This document shows, piece by piece, positions 19,782-29,946 of a stretch of 64,000 nucleotides of DNA (its first letter is position 1; each line of letters begins with the position of its first letter). The notes beneath the pieces were generated by a model. That model was given only the letters and a program-made list of their open reading frames with translations, was not told where the DNA came from and did not search any database. The position numbers and the translations under genes are program-made. The DNA is from Nitrosopumilus sp. (lineage in GTDB: Archaea; Thermoproteota; Nitrososphaeria; Nitrososphaerales; Nitrosopumilaceae), in NCBI GenBank assembly GCA_965207445.1, contig CBDBLX010000002.1, positions 896,001-960,000 of the forward strand, in the 5' to 3' direction.

Positions 19782-22700
19782 TTGATGGTTCACATTAAAA
19801 AAGTAGAAATATTTGGCTTTAAGTCATTTGGATTTAAAAACACTATTGTGCAATTCGAGCCTGGACTCGTTTCTATATCTGGACCTAATGGATCTGGCAA
19901 GAGCAATATCTTGGATGCTATAATATTTGCCACATGTGAAAAGACACCTAAAATGATGAGAGTAGATAAAATAAGAGATCTTTTACATGATGTTGGTGGT
20001 GCCAAGAGCACCTCTGGTAATGATTCTCAGACCAACACAATATCAAAATCCAGTAAAAGTAGACGTATGGCTCGAGTCGCCTTACATTTTGATAATACTG
20101 ATCGTAAAATTCCAGTACCTTCTGATAATGTGTCTATAACACGTGAATTAGAAGAAGATGGTGAGGCAACTTATTACTTGAATGGTAAAAAAGATAATAG
20201 ATCACACATTGTAGACATGCTTGATGTTGCACATGTAGGTCCTGGAAATCTCAATGTCGTGCAACAGGGAACTGTCACACGTATAGCAGAGTATACATCT
20301 GTTGAGAAGCGCAGAGCTATTGAAGATCTAATTGGAATATCGTCTTTTGATGATAAAGTTGAAAAAGCCACAGACCAACTTGATTATGCAGATCGAAAGC
20401 TGGAAGTTGCACTTGCAAGTATGGGTGAAGTCAAAAACCAGATAGATAATTTAGAAGTGGAACGAAATGCAAAATTGCGTTATGATCTTATACAAAAAGA
20501 CTTGAAACGTTATCGAGCAATTGATGCAATTGCACAACTGCGAAAATTACGCACTCAACGTACATCAAAAGAATCCGAATTATCGTCTATGAAATTACAA
20601 ATAGATGAACTGAAAACTAGTAGAGATGAATGTCGATCTAGTATAAAGGAACTAGATGGTAAACGTTCTGCTGTATTGAACTCTGAGGCTGAATACCGAC
20701 CAAAAAAAGCCGCACTTGAATCAAAGATACGTGATTCAGTTGATGTACATGATAAAGCAGAAAGTAAAATCAATATCTCAATGACCAATATACAGAATAA
20801 TCGCACCCGTCTTGATGTTATTGCAACTGATATGAAATCACTATCTGTGTCACAAAATTATACAAATGGACAGATAAAAGAAAAAGAATCATTCCTTGAA
20901 GAAATAGAGTCTTCTCGAGATGATATAGATGAGAAACTCAAACAAGTGAATTCAGAGATACGTGACATAATCGAGGAACAAAGACGTGTTACTGACAATC
21001 GCACAAAAATTGATGATGTGATTAAAAAGTTACGTGATGAAGATCATAGTATAATTCAGAAAAAACTACATGCCATACAAAACCGTACTAATTATATTGA
21101 TCAGATAAATGAATATAATGTTAAACTTGAAAAGTCAAAACAACTAGAATCATCCCTTGAGAATTCTATAAATGATCTGAATAACATAATAAAGAACAGT
21201 CGTGATACAATATCTACAATTGAAATACGAATTAAACATCTAGATGAGCGGCGCTCAAAGGCAGTTTCTGACAAGGATGATTTGGAATTGGTGTTAGAAA
21301 AATCAAGCAATGTGGCAACCAAATATGAATCCAAGATTAAGACTGTAAAAGGATTCATGTATGAGGATTATGCTACTGCCAAACTCAAAGAAAATGCCCA
21401 AAGTTTGGGGATCTTGGGACTTGTATATGAGGTCATGACATGGAGCAAAGAGTATGAGCGACCTGTAATGGCAGCAAGCTCTGATTGGATAAAGGCAATA
21501 GTGGTGAGGGACTTTGATGCATTGCTTGGTATATCTGAGGCAACACGTATACAAAAACTTCCAAAATGCAAAATTATTCCAATGGATGCAATTCAAAGTA
21601 TGTTTTCCTCTTTTGATACTGGTATTGCTAGTGCGGATACTATATCTGATAATAATAATAATAATAATTCTATTCCCCGCATCATAAATGGTGTCTCTAC
21701 ACTTGGTGTATTGGCAGAATACATACAATGCTCTCAAGAGTATATGCCTCTACGAACATTTCTATTTGGAAATGTCATACTTGTTACAGACCGAAACTCT
21801 GCAATTGCAGTCTCAAAGTTTGGCTACAAGGCAGTCACTATACATGGTGAGTATTTTGAGGCAAGAGGGAGTACTGTGATAGTAGATATTAACTCAAAAA
21901 TATCAAAAGTGACGCGATTAATATCGATGAGTAGTGATGTAGATGGACTCTTCAAGTCAATCTCACTGGTAAAACGATATATACAAAAGAAGAAAAATTC
22001 TATAAAAAAGATTGATGACTCTATTCAATCATACCGTAACCGAATACCTGTATCTGCAGATAGGCTAACAAACGCCTCTAGTACTTTAGATTACACAAAA
22101 CTTAGATTAAAAAATCTAAAAGAATCACTTGTACATATACCAAACAAACTATCAGAGTTTAATAATCAATTAGATGGCGTCAATGATGAAATTGCATTAT
22201 ATGATTCTCAGATTCAACATATAAAAAATGAGATCAGTCTTGAAAATGACAAATATGCATCAAGTGAGTCTATGTCTGAGATCGGACAAAGACTTGCTAC
22301 TGCAAACAGTAAAAAATCAAATTTGGAAGCAGAACGGACTACTATATTGGCAAGTTATGATAGACTCGGTTTTGAATTATCTAACCTGCGCTCCGCTGCC
22401 AGACAACTTGAAACTGACTACGCGGGATACAAACGTGAAGAGACATCACTGACTGATGAGATACCTAGACTTGAAGAGTCAATCAAAGAGAACGCTGAGA
22501 AAAAGGAATCCATGTCTAAAGTTCTTGAACAACTTCGAGAAACCGAACAAGAGATGATACGTACATCTGGCTTGTCAATGTCTGAGATAAAAAAGTACGA
22601 TGATTTGTTAGGCAACTTAAATACTGATGAACGCTCTCTGACAAACAAAATAAACTCATTTGAACGTGAATCCGAAAACATTAACCGTGAATTAGATGAA

Positions 22701-23576
22701 ATGACTGGTCATGAGGCCGAATTAACTCATATCGTTGCAGTGGCAAACAGCAGTAGCAATAAAGATAATGCTCTTACTGTTGATATGGGCACTGTTATCA
22801 ACAAAGATGGCGTCTCTTCAGTTTCCGTTAATGGTACAATTGATGATAATACTGGTAATACACCTGAACAACATAATGAAATTGTGAGTGAAAACGATCA
22901 ACTTGATGTAAGTCAAATAGTTAGTGGATTGGAGTCTGAGCTAGAGAATCTTACCGATTTGAATGCAAATGCACCTGCCACATATGCTGAAATTGCACAT
23001 GGTTATAAAATGAAATCTGTACGCAAAAACTCATTGGAATCTGAGCGCAACTCTATTGTGGCATTTATCGATCGTATAGAGCGCGAAAAACGTCAGACTT
23101 TTCTTGAAGCATTTGATACTGTAAACTCAGAGATAAGCAGGGTGTTCAAAAAGATGACCGGTGGTGGCGCTTGGCTTGAGCTGCAAGATGAAGATGACAT
23201 ATTCTCATCTGGTATATCGTATTTGGTGCAGTTTCCTGACAAGCCATCTAGGGCATCTACATCTATTAGTGGTGGTGAAAAGACATTAGCAGCAGTTGTG
23301 TTTGTACTTGGGTTGCAAAAACTCCAACCATCACCGTTTTATCTGTTCGATGAGGTTGATGCTCATCTTGATGCACCTAACTCTGAGAAACTCTCAAATA
23401 TTCTAGCAGAGCGCGCACGTGAAAGTCAGTTTATTGTCGTGTCACTCAAAGACTCTGTTGTACAAAAGGCGAGTCTTGTGTATGGTGTCTATCCAAAAGC
23501 CGGTGTGTCAAATGTTGTAACATACAAAGACCGGCGGTTCCCTACACCCCCGTCACCGAAACCTGTGTCACGTTGA
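19782..23576 (+). CDS. smc: Chromosome segregation protein SMC
   Basis: GFKSF, Walker A GPNGSGKSN, hinge, ISGGEKT and LFDEVDAHLD. Confidence 0.97.
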   Translation: MMVHIKKVEIFGFKSFGFKNTIVQFEPGLVSISGPNGSGKSNILDAIIFATCEKTPKMMRVDKIRDLLHDVGGAKSTSGNDSQTNTISKSSKSRRMARVALHFDNTDRKIPVPSDNVSITRELEEDGEATYYLNGKKDNRSHIVDMLDVAHVGPGNLNVVQQGTVTRIAEYTSVEKRRAIEDLIGISSFDDKVEKATDQLDYADRKLEVALASMGEVKNQIDNLEVERNAKLRYDLIQKDLKRYRAIDAIAQLRKLRTQRTSKESELSSMKLQIDELKTSRDECRSSIKELDGKRSAVLNSEAEYRPKKAALESKIRDSVDVHDKAESKINISMTNIQNNRTRLDVIATDMKSLSVSQNYTNGQIKEKESFLEEIESSRDDIDEKLKQVNSEIRDIIEEQRRVTDNRTKIDDVIKKLRDEDHSIIQKKLHAIQNRTNYIDQINEYNVKLEKSKQLESSLENSINDLNNIIKNSRDTISTIEIRIKHLDERRSKAVSDKDDLELVLEKSSNVATKYESKIKTVKGFMYEDYATAKLKENAQSLGILGLVYEVMTWSKEYERPVMAASSDWIKAIVVRDFDALLGISEATRIQKLPKCKIIPMDAIQSMFSSFDTGIASADTISDNNNNNNSIPRIINGVSTLGVLAEYIQCSQEYMPLRTFLFGNVILVTDRNSAIAVSKFGYKAVTIHGEYFEARGSTVIVDINSKISKVTRLISMSSDVDGLFKSISLVKRYIQKKKNSIKKIDDSIQSYRNRIPVSADRLTNASSTLDYTKLRLKNLKESLVHIPNKLSEFNNQLDGVNDEIALYDSQIQHIKNEISLENDKYASSESMSEIGQRLATANSKKSNLEAERTTILASYDRLGFELSNLRSAARQLETDYAGYKREETSLTDEIPRLEESIKENAEKKESMSKVLEQLRETEQEMIRTSGLSMSEIKKYDDLLGNLNTDERSLTNKINSFERESENINRELDEMTGHEAELTHIVAVANSSSNKDNALTVDMGTVINKDGVSSVSVNGTIDDNTGNTPEQHNEIVSENDQLDVSQIVSGLESELENLTDLNANAPATYAEIAHGYKMKSVRKNSLESERNSIVAFIDRIEREKRQTFLEAFDTVNSEISRVFKKMTGGGAWLELQDEDDIFSSGISYLVQFPDKPSRASTSISGGEKTLAAVVFVLGLQKLQPSPFYLFDEVDAHLDAPNSEKLSNILAERARESQFIVVSLKDSVVQKASLVYGVYPKAGVSNVVTYKDRRFPTPPSPKPVSR

Positions 23577-23586
23577 TATGGTGTGG

Positions 23587-23669
23587 GTAAACGTTCAACC
23601 CCTGTGCACCTGTGCCAAACGTTAGGTGGTGAATTTGTGCCTAAATTTTAGAAGGGCTTGAACGGTTAC
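23587..23669 (+). mobile_element. MITE family A
   Basis: gtaaacgttcaaccc...ttgaacggttac, 83 bp, 10 bp after the smc stop. Confidence 0.9.
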
Positions 23670-23719
23670 GCCCCGACCCCAGATTCAACATATATTAGAA
23701 CAGTTAGCGTAATTATATC

Positions 23720-23840
23720 ATGGAGAACATAACCACCATAACGGTGCAGAGAGCGACCCGCGATAGGATTATTGCCCTCGGCGCCAAATGGCAAATCCTT
23801 CTACTCGATACTGCGGCGGCTTCTGGAGGTGGTTGAATAA
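23720..23840 (+). pseudogene. Frameshifted small ribbon-helix-helix/antitoxin-like gene
   Basis: MENITTITVQRATRDRIIALGAK, then a shifted frame GKSFYSILRRLLEVVE*. Confidence 0.5.
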
Positions 23841-23847
23841 TGGTCGA

Positions 23848-24158
23848 TGACCGACTCAATGAAAATCATGGCGGTGCTCGCGATCGGGATGTTCATCGCC
23901 TTCGTGATGGCGCCCGACTCCTGGATCATGTGATTCGTGCTGTCTATCCTGATCACGAGCGGCGTGATTATCTGGAAGATCGGTGTGTTACACGAAAGGC
24001 GCATCCGACTTCACGGTCGCCGACGTGGAGTGAGCACTCAACGAGATGTACCCGCGCAACGCGGAGGCGGCGTCTTGATGTTCGTCTACGCGCATTGGTA
24101 CGACCAGTCCCTCACGGACACTTGCGAATGGCCGCCGCTCTGGAGAGATGAAAAATGA
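23848..24158 (+). pseudogene. Two-helix membrane protein with an internal TGA
   Basis: MTDSMKIMAVLAIGMFIAFVMAPDSWIM*FVLSILITSGVIIWKIG...; stop overlaps the next start (ATGA). Confidence 0.4.
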
Positions 24159-24793
24159 GTAGAGCGCCGGATACACAAAGGAAGATCTATGGCACCGCCA
24201 CTGAAAAAAATCTTGAGAATAAGGCCCGAAAGGTAATCAAAGAATGCACAATTACAAAATTAGATGACAAGCGTTATAGAGTGTCATACAGGAAAAACCC
24301 CGCAAGATCCTACATCGTAAAGTTCGTGAACACCTGGCAGTGCTCCTGTCCGTACAAGATCCACGGGCATCCCACGTGCAAACACATAATGGCAGTGCAG
24401 ACTGTCCGGCGTTCCGGTGACATGATGATAGTGTCCAGCGCATCTGCCGACTGGAGCGCCGCAACTGACGCTGTAGCAACAACAACAACAACAAAGCAGA
24501 TAAAGCAACTGAAAAAGAAACCGTCCAGAGTAGAAATCAAGGATGCATTGCTGGAAAAATACGGGTCATTGTGTCAGGGATGCGGCATCGCGCTAGATGC
24601 CCGGTACTTGGAACTGGACCACATGATGCCCTTGTCAGATGGCGGCACCGATGACGTGGAAAACCGCATCTTACTGTGTCGGACCTGCAATAGAACAAAG
24701 AGCAACTTGCATACGATATCGTGGTTGCGTAATGAAAATAAAAGGCGGGGACGCATGAAAGATGAAAACGCATTGTGTGATTTGGGCAGATAG
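24155..24793 (+). CDS. SWIM zinc finger - HNH endonuclease fusion
   Basis: SWIM WQCSCP...CKHIMAV; HNH CQGCG..LELDHMMPLSDGGTDDVENRILLCRTCNRTK. Confidence 0.85.
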   Translation: MSRAPDTQRKIYGTATEKNLENKARKVIKECTITKLDDKRYRVSYRKNPARSYIVKFVNTWQCSCPYKIHGHPTCKHIMAVQTVRRSGDMMIVSSASADWSAATDAVATTTTTKQIKQLKKKPSRVEIKDALLEKYGSLCQGCGIALDARYLELDHMMPLSDGGTDDVENRILLCRTCNRTKSNLHTISWLRNENKRRGRMKDENALCDLGR

Positions 24794-24984
24794 GCGGCTG
24801 GATGGCCGCCGCACCCAAAAAACTAGCGTGTTGTATAATTCGATGCGCATCTTGTAGGACGACACCTTTGCAATATGATTTGGCAGGCTTGTAGTGACAT
24901 GTGTAAGAGTACAAGATATAATGACCAGATTTGAAGCATTACATCTTCAAAAATCAAACATGTTGATCCTATCCTATACCTCTG

Positions 24985-25155
24985 AATTTAGTGCGTAATT
25001 ATACGCGCAAATGATTGTTTATGTTTATGTTGTTGTTAGAATTTTGATGTCACCTCCTTGGCCAATTTGCCGCATTGTGTTATGGGTGTGGATCTTTAGT
25101 TTGATCACTTGGTAGATATTCTCCATCTTTCTTGCCATGACCGCACCACCGTAGG
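24985..25155 (-). pseudogene. IS5-like transposase 3' remnant
   Basis: YGGAVMARKMENIYQVIKLKIHTHN; end gaatttagtgcgtaatt resembles the IS5 TIR gaggttggtgcgtaatt. Confidence 0.45.
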
Positions 25156-25236
25156 GTAACTGTTCAACCCCCGTACCTGCGCCAGACGTTAGGCGGTGAA
25201 TTTGTGCCTAAATTTGGGAAAGGATTGAACGGTTAC
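25156..25236 (+). mobile_element. MITE family A
   Basis: gtaactgttcaaccc...attgaacggttac. Confidence 0.9.
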
Positions 25237-25457
25237 GGCTTGTTGTAGGCGTGACTTGACACACCTGCTAACATCATATCTTGAGGCAGGCAGTTTTCCT
25301 GTCTAGTTTACAGAGCATTTGAGTGGCTTCGAATCGTGTAACGTAGGTTGCGCGACTCACTACATGGACACGACCCCGGAGGAGTATAAATTTACAAATT
25401 ACGCAACACACTATAAAAAACACACAGCTTTTATTATGATTTACTTTATGTATTATA

Positions 25458-25694
25458 ATGTCAGATTCCGCTGATAAAACTCTTGATGCGATAGGCCTGT
25501 ATTGCCCTGAGCCTGTATTTCGTACAAAGATTGAACTCGAAAAGATGCAGGTGGGACAAGTACTTGCAGTGTCTGCTGATGACCCTGCTGCAAAAGAGGA
25601 CATATCGAGGTGGGTTAGTAAAACGGGCCATGAATTACTTGATGTGTCTGATGATGATAGTACTGTTACTTTGAAGATCAAAAAGATCAGATGA
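25458..25694 (+). CDS. tusA: TusA/SirA-family sulfur carrier
   Basis: LDAIGLYCPEPV and DDPAAKEDI. Confidence 0.9.
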   Translation: MSDSADKTLDAIGLYCPEPVFRTKIELEKMQVGQVLAVSADDPAAKEDISRWVSKTGHELLDVSDDDSTVTLKIKKIR

Positions 25695-26294
25695 TGCACG
25701 TTACTTTATAATGTTTGATTACTTTTTTGGTGTATGTATTGACATATTAGTGATTTAGAGTTTATGCTTTGAGTGCTCAATGTGTTTTGAACTTTTAGGT
25801 GTTGAGTTGGTGTGTATGATGTATACGTGACGTGTGAATATGTTGTGTGAATGTGACACGCGATAAACATACGCCAGATATAATTAAAAGTGCATAACAT
25901 GATCATAATAATATAGAACATTCTAAACACGCAAGAATCCAAAGTCATACAACGAGAATGTGTGCATCAACGCAGGATAAACACGATGAAAAAAGCAAAG
26001 CCAAGCAGTAGCTCGGCAGTCTTAGATTGACAACTTTTATCTCTATTGTGAGATATGAACAACTTTGCACCCAAGTAAATATGGAACAAAAGTGCAACTA
26101 CACAGTCACCTCAATCACACGAGGAGAGAAGGATTAACATATGTCAACGATTACAAATGATGGCATTTTGTACTTTATATTGCGTTGTAAATGTCGTGAC
26201 ATTGTTGATCATAAAAAACAGATTGATAATTACACACAGTTACGTAAGTTGGTTAAGCGTTAATATTAAATGATAGGATAAAAGAGGTTGAAAT

Positions 26295-26579
26295 ATGTCT
26301 GAATTGGATCATAAATACGAAGTAGATATCATACTGAGTGACGAAAAACAAAAGATTAGCAAGGATATTCGGGCAAACCTAATTGAATCTGGACTAATGG
26401 ACAGTAAGGGTAAATTAAAGATCAAAGGTGTTAGTCCAAAGATGCTAAAGCGTATGAAACACGAATATGTGGTATGTCCTGTTTTAAATGAGAACGTTCA
26501 ATTTGTCAAGTGCTATGTGTGCTCAAACTTTCAGAGTAGAGTAACCGGACAGGTACTGTGCAAAGGTGACCCTCTCTAG
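26295..26579 (+). CDS. Hypothetical Cys-rich protein
   Basis: 94 aa, CPV..CYVC..C; gagg RBS-like sequence upstream. Confidence 0.7.
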   Translation: MSELDHKYEVDIILSDEKQKISKDIRANLIESGLMDSKGKLKIKGVSPKMLKRMKHEYVVCPVLNENVQFVKCYVCSNFQSRVTGQVLCKGDPL

Positions 26580-26800
26580 TTCTTTACGTTGCTTCAAATA
26601 TGAGATATTTGTTGTATGCAAAATATAGTTGTCAAAATATGAATTTTTAATTTATAAGAATTTGTTGACTCACGATTCAAGCATATTTTACATCTCAAAT
26701 TTTTGATTACAACATCTATTTTTGGCACAAATATTGTATATGTTAATTGATCATGTATATATTTGATAAATGGCATTAGACTTATGCGAAAGCTAATTAA

Positions 26801-28294
26801 TTGATCTCTGTAATGTCAATTGTGGCAGACAAAAAGATTGACATTGGAATTACGGCATCAAAAGCGTCTGATTTTAGTGAGTGGTATATCCAGGTTGTAC
26901 AAAAGGCTCAACTCGCAGATTATGCCCCTGTCAAAGGATTGATCGTATTGCGTCCTGATGGCTATGCCATATGGGAATCTTTACAAAACACGTTTGATTC
27001 TCGATTCTCAAAAGAAGGTGTTAGAAATGGGTTTTTACCCGTACTGATACCTGAATCTCTATTGAGTCGTGAACAAGAACACTTTGCAGGTTTTACACCC
27101 GAAGTGTTTTGGGTGACACACTCTGGCAACAATCAACTCGGTGATAGATTGGCTCTGCGTCCTACATCTGAGACTATTGCATATACAATGTATGCAAAAT
27201 GGATACGTAGCTGGCGTGACTTGCCCTTGAAGATTAATTTTTGGAACACTGCACTACGTTCTGAAATAAAGGCAACAAAGCCATTTTTACGCACATCTGA
27301 ATTCTTGTGGCAAGAAGGTCATACTGTACATGCTACAAGTGATGAGGCAGAAAAACAGGTAATGACAATGCTTGAAATATACAGAGATGTAGTTGAGCAA
27401 GAGTTGGCAATTCCCGTCGTATCTGGCAAAAAGAGTGAACGTGAAAAGTTTGTTGGAGCAAGATACACTACTGCAATTGAATCTATAATGCCTGATGGAA
27501 AGGCGCTTCAGATGGGCACATCTCACTTTCTTGCACAGAACTTTTCAAAACCATTTGATGTGAAATTTGCAGATCGTGACAATGTAGAGTATTTCGCATG
27601 GCAGACATCTTGGGGCGTATCGTGGCGATTAATTGGAGCTATGATAATGGTTCACGGTGACGATAAAGGATTAGTCATGCCTCCCAATGTTGCACCTATG
27701 CAAGTGGTTATAGTACCGATATACCGTGATGACTCACAGCATGATGTGGTAATGAATTCTGCTCAAATTGTATATTCTATTTTAAATGCTCGTAATATAC
27801 GTGTTCATATAGATGATCGTGACGATGTATCACCAGGATTCAAGTTCAATGACTGGGAGATGAAGGGTGTACCAATCCGACTTGAGATTGGGCCCCGCGA
27901 TGTTGAATCGCACAGTGTGGTTGCTATAACCAGATATGATGGAAAAAAACAAGTACTTTTAACTGATGGCTTGGATGACATGATACCAAAAATACTCTCT
28001 GAGATACAAGATGACATGCTACAAAAAGCAAAACAAAGAGCAGCTGAGATTACATATAATGCGTCTGATTATGCAGAGTTCAAACAGTTGTGTAGTAATG
28101 GTGGGTTTGTGTATGCTGCATGGTGTGGTGAATCAGAATGTGAGGCTGAGATAAAAGAAGAGACGGGTGTTGAGATTCGATTGATTCCGTTTGAATCCAG
28201 TGACTTGGATATGCGCACTCGTACGGCGCCTTGTACCCAATGCATAAAATGTAAACATAAAGGTTTAATTGCTGTCTTTGCACGAGGATATTGA
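26801..28294 (+). CDS. proS: Proline--tRNA ligase (archaeal type)
   Basis: FSEWY, LRPTSET, FLRTSEFLWQEGHT, QTSWGVS and C-terminal FARGY. Confidence 0.97.
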   Translation: MISVMSIVADKKIDIGITASKASDFSEWYIQVVQKAQLADYAPVKGLIVLRPDGYAIWESLQNTFDSRFSKEGVRNGFLPVLIPESLLSREQEHFAGFTPEVFWVTHSGNNQLGDRLALRPTSETIAYTMYAKWIRSWRDLPLKINFWNTALRSEIKATKPFLRTSEFLWQEGHTVHATSDEAEKQVMTMLEIYRDVVEQELAIPVVSGKKSEREKFVGARYTTAIESIMPDGKALQMGTSHFLAQNFSKPFDVKFADRDNVEYFAWQTSWGVSWRLIGAMIMVHGDDKGLVMPPNVAPMQVVIVPIYRDDSQHDVVMNSAQIVYSILNARNIRVHIDDRDDVSPGFKFNDWEMKGVPIRLEIGPRDVESHSVVAITRYDGKKQVLLTDGLDDMIPKILSEIQDDMLQKAKQRAAEITYNASDYAEFKQLCSNGGFVYAAWCGESECEAEIKEETGVEIRLIPFESSDLDMRTRTAPCTQCIKCKHKGLIAVFARGY

Positions 28295-29778
28295 GCGTTT
28301 TGTTTACTGATGCATCTTTGAGATCTACTACTAGTTTACACCAAAAACGTGAGTCTACTTTACTTGATATTGGCAACAACTCTGATCGATTGATTCAACT
28401 GTTCCGAGATACACGCGCACGTACACAAAATCTTGTCAGTACACTGAAACCTGATGATTATGTGGTACAGACTGCATTTTATACCAGTCCTGCCAAATGG
28501 CATATTGGACACGTTAGTTGGATATACCAAGTAATAATGGGGAAGATAGACTCTGAATATGGATTCAAAAAAGACGAGATATCAGAGTATCTTAACTCGT
28601 ATTATCAACAGTTTGGGACTCCGTATGAAAAGGGGCATCGAGGAATGGCGTCGCGACCTACTACACAACAGATGTTAAAGTACTTTGATCATGTAAGTAC
28701 TAGTGTAGAACAATTTATTGCAAAATACAGACATGTAATTGACGTTGTAATGCCTCAAAACACTGACAAAAACGATACTATACAATCAAATGATCCAAAA
28801 ATTGAGATATCTAGGCTCCTTGAGATGGGAATTAACCATGAGTGCCAACATCAAGAACTCTTAGTGTATGACCTCCAACACATGCTAGCAGAAAAATATA
28901 CTCCTCCCTGCAAGAACATCCTCAAACCACCTCATATTACAAAATCTGTAGATACATCTGATATGTTACGTATAGACGGTGGACTGTATAATATGGGGTA
29001 TAATGGATCTAACTATTGTTATGATATAGAACTACCAGAACACACTGTATTTTTAAATCCATATATGATAGCAAAGTATCTTGTCACAAATCAACAATAT
29101 TTGGAGTTTATCAACGATGGCGGTTATGAAACTTACAGGTATTGGCTTGCAGATGGTTGGGATATTGTACAAAAAAATGGTTGGGATGCACCCATGTACT
29201 GGGAGAAAAACACTACTAGTGGTAATGATGGAGAAGAAGAAGATGTGTGGCATATACATGACTTTACAGGTTATCATGCAATAAACTTGCAAGAGCCTGT
29301 ATCTCATGTAAGTTACTATGAAGCAGCTGCATACTGCAAGTGGGCACAAAAAAGATTGCCAACAGAAGCTGAATGGGAAAAGGCTGCTTGCTGGAACGAC
29401 AGCCTACAGAAAAAACACATATTTCCATGGGGTGATGATGCTCCTACACCACAACGGTGTAATCTATTGGAATCTGACTGCTGGAGTTGTACTGATGTCG
29501 GTTCTTATCCTTTGGGCATTAGTGCGTATGGCTGCCACCAAATGATCGGTGATGTGTGGGAATGGACGTCATCGGAATTTGTTGGATATCCTGGATTTCA
29601 ATCTGGTTTTGATGAGTATAATGACAAATGGTTTGCAAACCAAAAAGTGTTACGCGGTGGATCTTTTGGAACACCTGCTGCATCAATTAGAGCAAGTTAT
29701 AGAAACTTCTTCAAACTAGATGAGCGGTGGATGATATCTGGGTTTAGGTGTGCACAAGATGACACCGTTTTGCAGTAA
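28291..29778 (+). CDS. egtB: Ergothioneine biosynthesis sulfoxide synthase
   Basis: SPAKWHIGH, NHECQHQELL and FGE-like domain (RLPTEAEWEKAA, GDVWEWT, VLRGGS, YRNFF, GFRCA). Confidence 0.9.
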   Translation: MSVLFTDASLRSTTSLHQKRESTLLDIGNNSDRLIQLFRDTRARTQNLVSTLKPDDYVVQTAFYTSPAKWHIGHVSWIYQVIMGKIDSEYGFKKDEISEYLNSYYQQFGTPYEKGHRGMASRPTTQQMLKYFDHVSTSVEQFIAKYRHVIDVVMPQNTDKNDTIQSNDPKIEISRLLEMGINHECQHQELLVYDLQHMLAEKYTPPCKNILKPPHITKSVDTSDMLRIDGGLYNMGYNGSNYCYDIELPEHTVFLNPYMIAKYLVTNQQYLEFINDGGYETYRYWLADGWDIVQKNGWDAPMYWEKNTTSGNDGEEEDVWHIHDFTGYHAINLQEPVSHVSYYEAAAYCKWAQKRLPTEAEWEKAACWNDSLQKKHIFPWGDDAPTPQRCNLLESDCWSCTDVGSYPLGISAYGCHQMIGDVWEWTSSEFVGYPGFQSGFDEYNDKWFANQKVLRGGSFGTPAASIRASYRNFFKLDERWMISGFRCAQDDTVLQ

Positions 29779-29820
29779 TTATTTGTAGTTACTATTACTA
29801 TAATTGTTGTCGTTGTCGTA

Positions 29821-29925
29821 GCTACTGATAATATTGCTGTTAATAACCACTGGACCACGTGGGTAGACCCTTCTGATGTATACTGCAAGTCGCAGCTACT
29901 GATAATATTGCTGCTAATAACCACA
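29821..29925. repeat. Short direct duplication (gctactgataatattgctg..aataaccac) between converging genes
   Basis: Copies at about 29821 and 29895. Confidence 0.7.
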
Positions 29926-29946
29926 AAGTAATAATTAAACTGACAA

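Noticed and set aside
23587..25236. MITE A copies as integron attC sites
   Set aside because: Ends are GTAAC..GTTAC rather than RYYYAAC..GTTRRRY, copies are dispersed in both orientations, the same ends occur on IS66 remnants, and no IntI is present.
25325..25385. tRNA-like words (GGGGTCGT.., TTCGAA)
   Set aside because: No consistent acceptor, T or anticodon stem pairing could be built.
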